A DNA stretch of 63,933 bases, counting the filler, from Octopus bimaculoides (lineage: Eukaryota), in NCBI RefSeq assembly GCF_001194135.2. It is 5 parts of 5 records of this genome, joined end to end, with 100 filler letters (N's around TTAATTAATTAA, not from the genome) between each part and the next. Parts side by side here need not be neighbours in the genome. Positions count along the whole stretch, not along the records: positions 55,941 to 62,759 come from NC_068988.1; positions 62,860 to 63,933 come from NW_026375139.1; 3 more parts are not named here. One strand, 5' to 3'. Of the stretch, positions 59,679 to 63,933 are shown piece by piece. The first letter of the stretch is position 1; every line of letters begins with the position of its first letter. A program made the position numbers and the translations under genes. Below the pieces are notes generated by a model, which saw nothing but the letters and a program-made list of their open reading frames with translations, did not search any database and was not told the origin of the DNA.

Positions 59679-59710
<32 letters not shown>
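59320..59710 (-). mobile_element. 5'-truncated (CATA)n-associated R4-like LINE with (CATA)n on both sides
   Basis: Body 59346-59637 encodes the ORF end ERRKLIRKLQIQSITGTVKICKTLQKF plus the same 3' UTR as 20937-21170. Confidence 0.85.
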
Positions 59711-60712
59711 CGCGTATGTGTGTGTTTGTGTGTGTGTATGTATATTGGTGTTTTTTCAGAAAGAGCATCGACTGCGATGATAACATAAGTTTACGAAAGA
59801 GAAGGAGAGAGACACAGACACAGACAATCAGACAGACAGAGAAAGAGAAAGAGAGATTCAGCACTGTACATGGGACCCCAATGTGTTCTCTTCACATTCA
59901 CTTCTTAACAAAATTTTCTTGACTCCTTCTAAAATATTTTAAACTGTCTTCATTTCGCACTTTAAAGATTTTGCAAATATACCCGTAAGTAACCTTATCA
60001 CATGAGCAAAGGTTTTGTCGTATCACTTACGTCATCTTTTCGACATTTTTAATATATCTTTTGCTGACAACAGAATTATTTATTGAAATTCGTGCTTCAT
60101 ATTGTTTACACTACATATCTGCGTGCGTGCACGCACCGCACGTATGCATGCCTGCGTGTTTGTATGTGCGCAATCATTTTGAAAGAATGCGGATCCTGTA
60201 AATGAGGCGAACGCCTACAATAAGTTGCAAAACAGTGCACGGCCTATCCTTTACCAATCTGCAAGTGCAGCTGCTGATAGTCATGTGTGCACCGCGCAGA
60301 CTGTAACCATTTATGTGTGGCTCGGCGGGCGATGAGAAGTGGAAAATCCTTTTCTCTTTAAAAGCGAGTCGCCATATCGCGATAATCATTCAAACGGTTA
60401 TGTGTGTGGCTGTGTATGTGTGGTGTGAGTGTGTGTGCATGAATGTATGTATTATATATTATTTATATTATTATATATATAATAATATAAATAATATATA
60501 AATATATGCATATGTACATACATATATGTGTATATATACATGCATATATATGGGTACAGGACATTAAAAAAACGTGAACAAAATGAGAAACGAGAACATA
60601 AAAAACAGAAACATAGAAAACGAACTCATAGATATACGTATATACATACGTTATATATTTTTTGTATATATATGTGTGTGCTTTTGTGTTTGTAAGTTCA
60701 AGTGCGTTCGTA

Positions 60713-60916
60713 CAGTAATCCTGCGGTTCACCTATGGCGCGCTCAGTACACCGCGGATTTTTCTGGCTTAATACATATAAATTTATATCGCGGACTCCCC
60801 AGTATATCGCGGGTTTCTACGGCCGATAGGCATTTATATATATATTCTTTTTAGATTTTAATTATTTCTGTGGGAAGTTTTGGAAAGTGACACCCGCGAT
60901 AGTCGAGGGATTACTG
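60713..60916. mobile_element. Tigger/pogo-type MITE, complete, TA TSD
   Basis: TA|CAGTAATCC...GGATTACTG|TA, with internal ATCGCGG repeats. Confidence 0.85.
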
Positions 60917-61253
60917 TAATCGCTATTGTTAAAGTAGGTAACAGCAGATTAAAACCCCTGTCCGTATGTAATTCTAGGAAGCTCATTTCAAGCAGAAATA
61001 TTCGTAAGAGTGCAATTAAAGGACATGATATTCCAAAATGTCAGCTGAAATGTAATACGGAAACAATATCACATGATTTAAATTTGGTACTCACTAGGTA
61101 TATATGTGTGATTGCTTTAGAATAAATTCAGAATAGCAGAAAATGATAACGTTTATAATTTTACGGACTCATTTTCCGCCATTTCAATTTTAATAAGACA
61201 TTCAACGAATTTTTTGTATCTGGTTTCCTTATGTGAATTCGTGTGTTAAAACA

Positions 61254-61529
61254 AATTTTGTTGTGTCCGGTTGAATTGCCACTCATTTATTTATTTATTT
61301 ATTTATTTATTCATTCATTTACTTATTCCAGAATGCTTTTCCGTCGCTTCCTTTGCGACCGTATCGATGGATTTAGATGTTGACGGTCACAGTCAAAATT
61401 CATTGATACGGTCGCAAATGCAGCGACGGAAAAACGTTGTGGAATAAACAAATAAATAAATAAATGGCAATTGAACCGGCGCGTGTGGTATATCAAAGCA
61501 CTATGACCCTCTCAAGACACAACAAAATT
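61254..61529. mobile_element. Foldback hairpin / MITE-like element
   Basis: CCGGTTGAATTGCCA...TTTTCCGTCGCT...TTTGCGACCGTATC pairs with GATACGGTCGCAAA...AGCGACGGAAAA...TGGCAATTGAACCGG; outer pair AATTTTGTTGTGTC / GACACAACAAAATT. Confidence 0.8.
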
Positions 61530-61614
61530 CAACGAATTTATTATTGTTTTGGAGAAGATTTAAGGATTTATAAAACATTTTATAATAGTAAATTATTTTG
61601 AAACTGATAAATTC

Positions 61615-61850
61615 TTTAATAAGACAAATGATGGTTCTCTTTAGCGAGATCGAGACTGGGGGTAGGCCTGATGGACGTTCAAAACTTCGTTTTCATCATC
61701 ATTTCAAACCGTCTCTCATTTTATGCGGTGTCCCTTCCAATCAATTGGCATCCCCGTGTGTGATGCTGGAGTGGAGCACATTGAAACTGAACGCGGGAGA
61801 CTGCATGAAGAAAGAAGTCGTCATCAACACCCTGTGGCCGCGGTTCAGGG
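61615..61850 (+). pseudogene. RTE LINE C-terminal fragment
   Basis: RQMMVLFSEIETGGRPDGRSKLRFHHHFKPSLILCGVP resembles PRQ..F.EL..G.R..GRPKLRFKD..K. Confidence 0.65.
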
Positions 61851-62156
61851 TCACTTCAGGGTCACTTCAGGGTCCCTGAGTACCATTGTACATTACATTG
61901 TGTTAAACCAGTGGATACACGTAAAATCATGTCAGCCTGGATTCAAACTGCTTAGAAAATACTAGAAGGGTTTGGGTCGGAATTCGAACGCTTTTGATCA
62001 TAGTTCTGCTGACATTAAGTTAAAATAAACAACAGACAAAATAAGAGATGTGTAGATTTGAAACTGCGCGGTCACTATAAAAATTAACTCCTGAAGCATT
62101 TAATATAAACATACGGCAGACATAGAGATCCAAATATTCCAGGACATGCTACTAAC

Positions 62157-62284
62157 ATTGTGGTACAGAAATAAATGCTGATTTGCAGACTGCCCATATG
62201 TTGAAGTAAGGAATCACACAGGGTTTTGAAAAACATAATGTCTGCTCAAAGAGGTTGTAATCCATGAGAAATGAAATTTCTTTC
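62157..62284 (-). CDS. Weak candidate exon (128 nt)
   Basis: Strong acceptor tttgactggttttctcttccag|G, donor CAAT|gttagt, one open frame KEISFLMDYNLFEQTLCFSKPCVIPYFNIWAVCKSAFISVPQ; no recognised homology. Confidence 0.2.
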
Positions 62285-62384
62285 CTGGAAGAGAAAACCA
62301 GTCAAAGTACGAAGACTTAGGAATATATATGAAGGAATGGAAATTGAATCAATGCCAATATTAGTAACTGGGTTATGGGGCGAG

Positions 62385-62585
62385 CTTGGCAGAATCGTAA
62401 GCACGCTGGGCAAAATACTTAGTGGTATTTTCACCCAATCTTTATGTTCTGAGTTCAAATCCCGCCGAGGTCGACTTTGCCTTTCATCCCTTCCGGAGTC
62501 AATAAAATAAATACCAGTCGGAGAATGGGGTCAACTAAGCGACTTCTCCCTCCCCTCTAAATTGCTGGCTTTGTGCCAAAACTTG
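62385..62585 (+). mobile_element. SINE family B (diverged)
   Basis: GCTTGGCAGAATCGTAAGCACGC...GAGTTCAAATCCCGCCGAGGTCGACTTTGCC. Confidence 0.8.
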
Positions 62586-62904
62586 GAATAAATACTAGTA
62601 ATTGAATCGTAAATAATGAAGTAATGGACATATAAAGACAATTATTTCTCTAACTAACCAAAGATGGAAATAGCATATGCTATTTGCTGATATGCTAGAA
62701 ATAGCTGTTAAAGCTCATCCAAATTACATACTTTTGTCTTGAAAAATAAGCGAAAATACNNNNNNNNNNNNNNNNNNNNNNNNNNNNNNNNNNNNNNNNN
62801 NNNTTAATTAATTAANNNNNNNNNNNNNNNNNNNNNNNNNNNNNNNNNNNNNNNNNNNNAAGCAGTGTCGTGTACCTGAAAAGAAAGCTTGCAATTGGCA
62901 GAAT

Positions 62905-63933
62905 TCATATGTACGTACGAACGAATGAATGAATAAACGAACGACTGAACGTACGTACGTACGTACTAAGTAAAGAATGAACGAACGAAATATCTAACGA
63001 AGGAACGGACGAACGTACGTACGTACGTACAAACGAATGAAAGATCGAACGAACGTACGTAGGTACGAAAAATACGAACGAACGGACGTACGTACGTAAA
63101 TACTCATGAATCGATCGAACAAGCGAACAAACGTAGGTACGGATGTACGTTCGTAAGTAAGTACGTACGAAAGAGCGAACGAACAAACGATCGTACGTAA
63201 GAACGAACCAATGAACGAACGATCGAAGGAAAAAAAAGAAGGAACGAACGTATGTACGTACGAAGGAAAGAAAGACCGAAAGAACGAACGAAGATACGTA
63301 CGTACTAACTAAAGAATGAACCAACGAAAGATCTAACGAACCAACGAACGAATGAATGAAAGATCGGATGAACGAACGTACGTAGGTACGAAAAATTCGA
63401 ACGAACGAACGAACTTACGTAGGTAAATACTCATGAACGAACGAACGTACGTACGTAGGCACGAAAGAACGAGTGAAGAAACGTACGTACGAAAGGTCGA
63501 ATGAACGAACGTACGTAAGAATGAATGAACGAACGAACGAAAGAGCGAATAAACGAACGAACGAAAGTAAGTATGTACGTAGGTACGAATGAAAGAACGA
63601 ACGAGGAAACGATCGTATGTACGTACGGACGAACGAATAAACGAACGAGCGAATGAACGTATGTACGAACGTACGTAAGAACGAGCGACCGAAATGAAGG
63701 AACGAACGAACGAAGATACGTACGTACGAAAGAACGAACGAACTAACTAAAGAATGAACCAACGAAAGATCTAACGGACGAACGTATGTACGTACGAATG
63801 ACCGAGCGAATCAACGAACGAACGTTCGTACGTACGTACAAATGAACAAATGAACGAATGAAAGATCGAACGAACGAACTAACGAACGAACAACGAACGT
63901 ACGTAGGTACGAAAAATTCGAACGAACGAACGA
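62905..63933. repeat. CpG-rich complex satellite built from GAAC/GTAC/GAAT tetramers, with higher-order units
   Basis: Landmarks recur: AAAGAATGAAC.AACGAAA.ATCTAACG (~62968, 63311, 63748), AGGTACGAAAAA (63061, 63384, 63905), TAAATACTCATGAA (63097, 63424). Confidence 0.9.

Noticed and set aside
60185-60335. ~50-codon open frame in a CpG-containing unique island
   Set aside because: No convincing splice-site pair or recognisable motif; within chance expectation.

Overview
Eukaryotic, AT-rich, gap-rich scaffold window saturated with microsatellites. The SINE families and repeat landscape look like an Octopus genome; this is inferred from recalled repeat families, not from a search. I found no complete host gene. 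The window is mostly decayed transposable elements: two tandem Ty3/Gypsy (Mag/K02A2.6-like) LTR retrotransposons (4.3-13.7 kb), a CR1-group LINE whose ORF1 has four CCCH zinc fingers (15.1-18.6 kb), two R4/Dong-type RLE LINE families (one (TAA)n-tailed, one always embedded in (CATA)n), RTE LINE remnants, a Penelope-like GIY-YIG remnant, several mariner/Tc1/Tigger/Tc2 remnants and MITEs, a long-TIR non-autonomous element, three tRNA-derived SINE families, foldback palindromes and a CpG-rich complex satellite. All TE reading frames are broken by stops or frameshifts. Four N-TTAATTAATTAA-N blocks are artificial scaffold joins, so adjacency across them is uncertain. The most interesting signals are: a probable (CATA)n-targeting RLE LINE, stacked tRNA-Ser PBS copies captured inside an LTR, three covarying hammerhead-like motifs, the CCCH ORF1, and two weak candidate host exons on the minus strand. 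Coordinates were read by eye and boundaries are approximate (about 10-30 nt) unless a motif is quoted.
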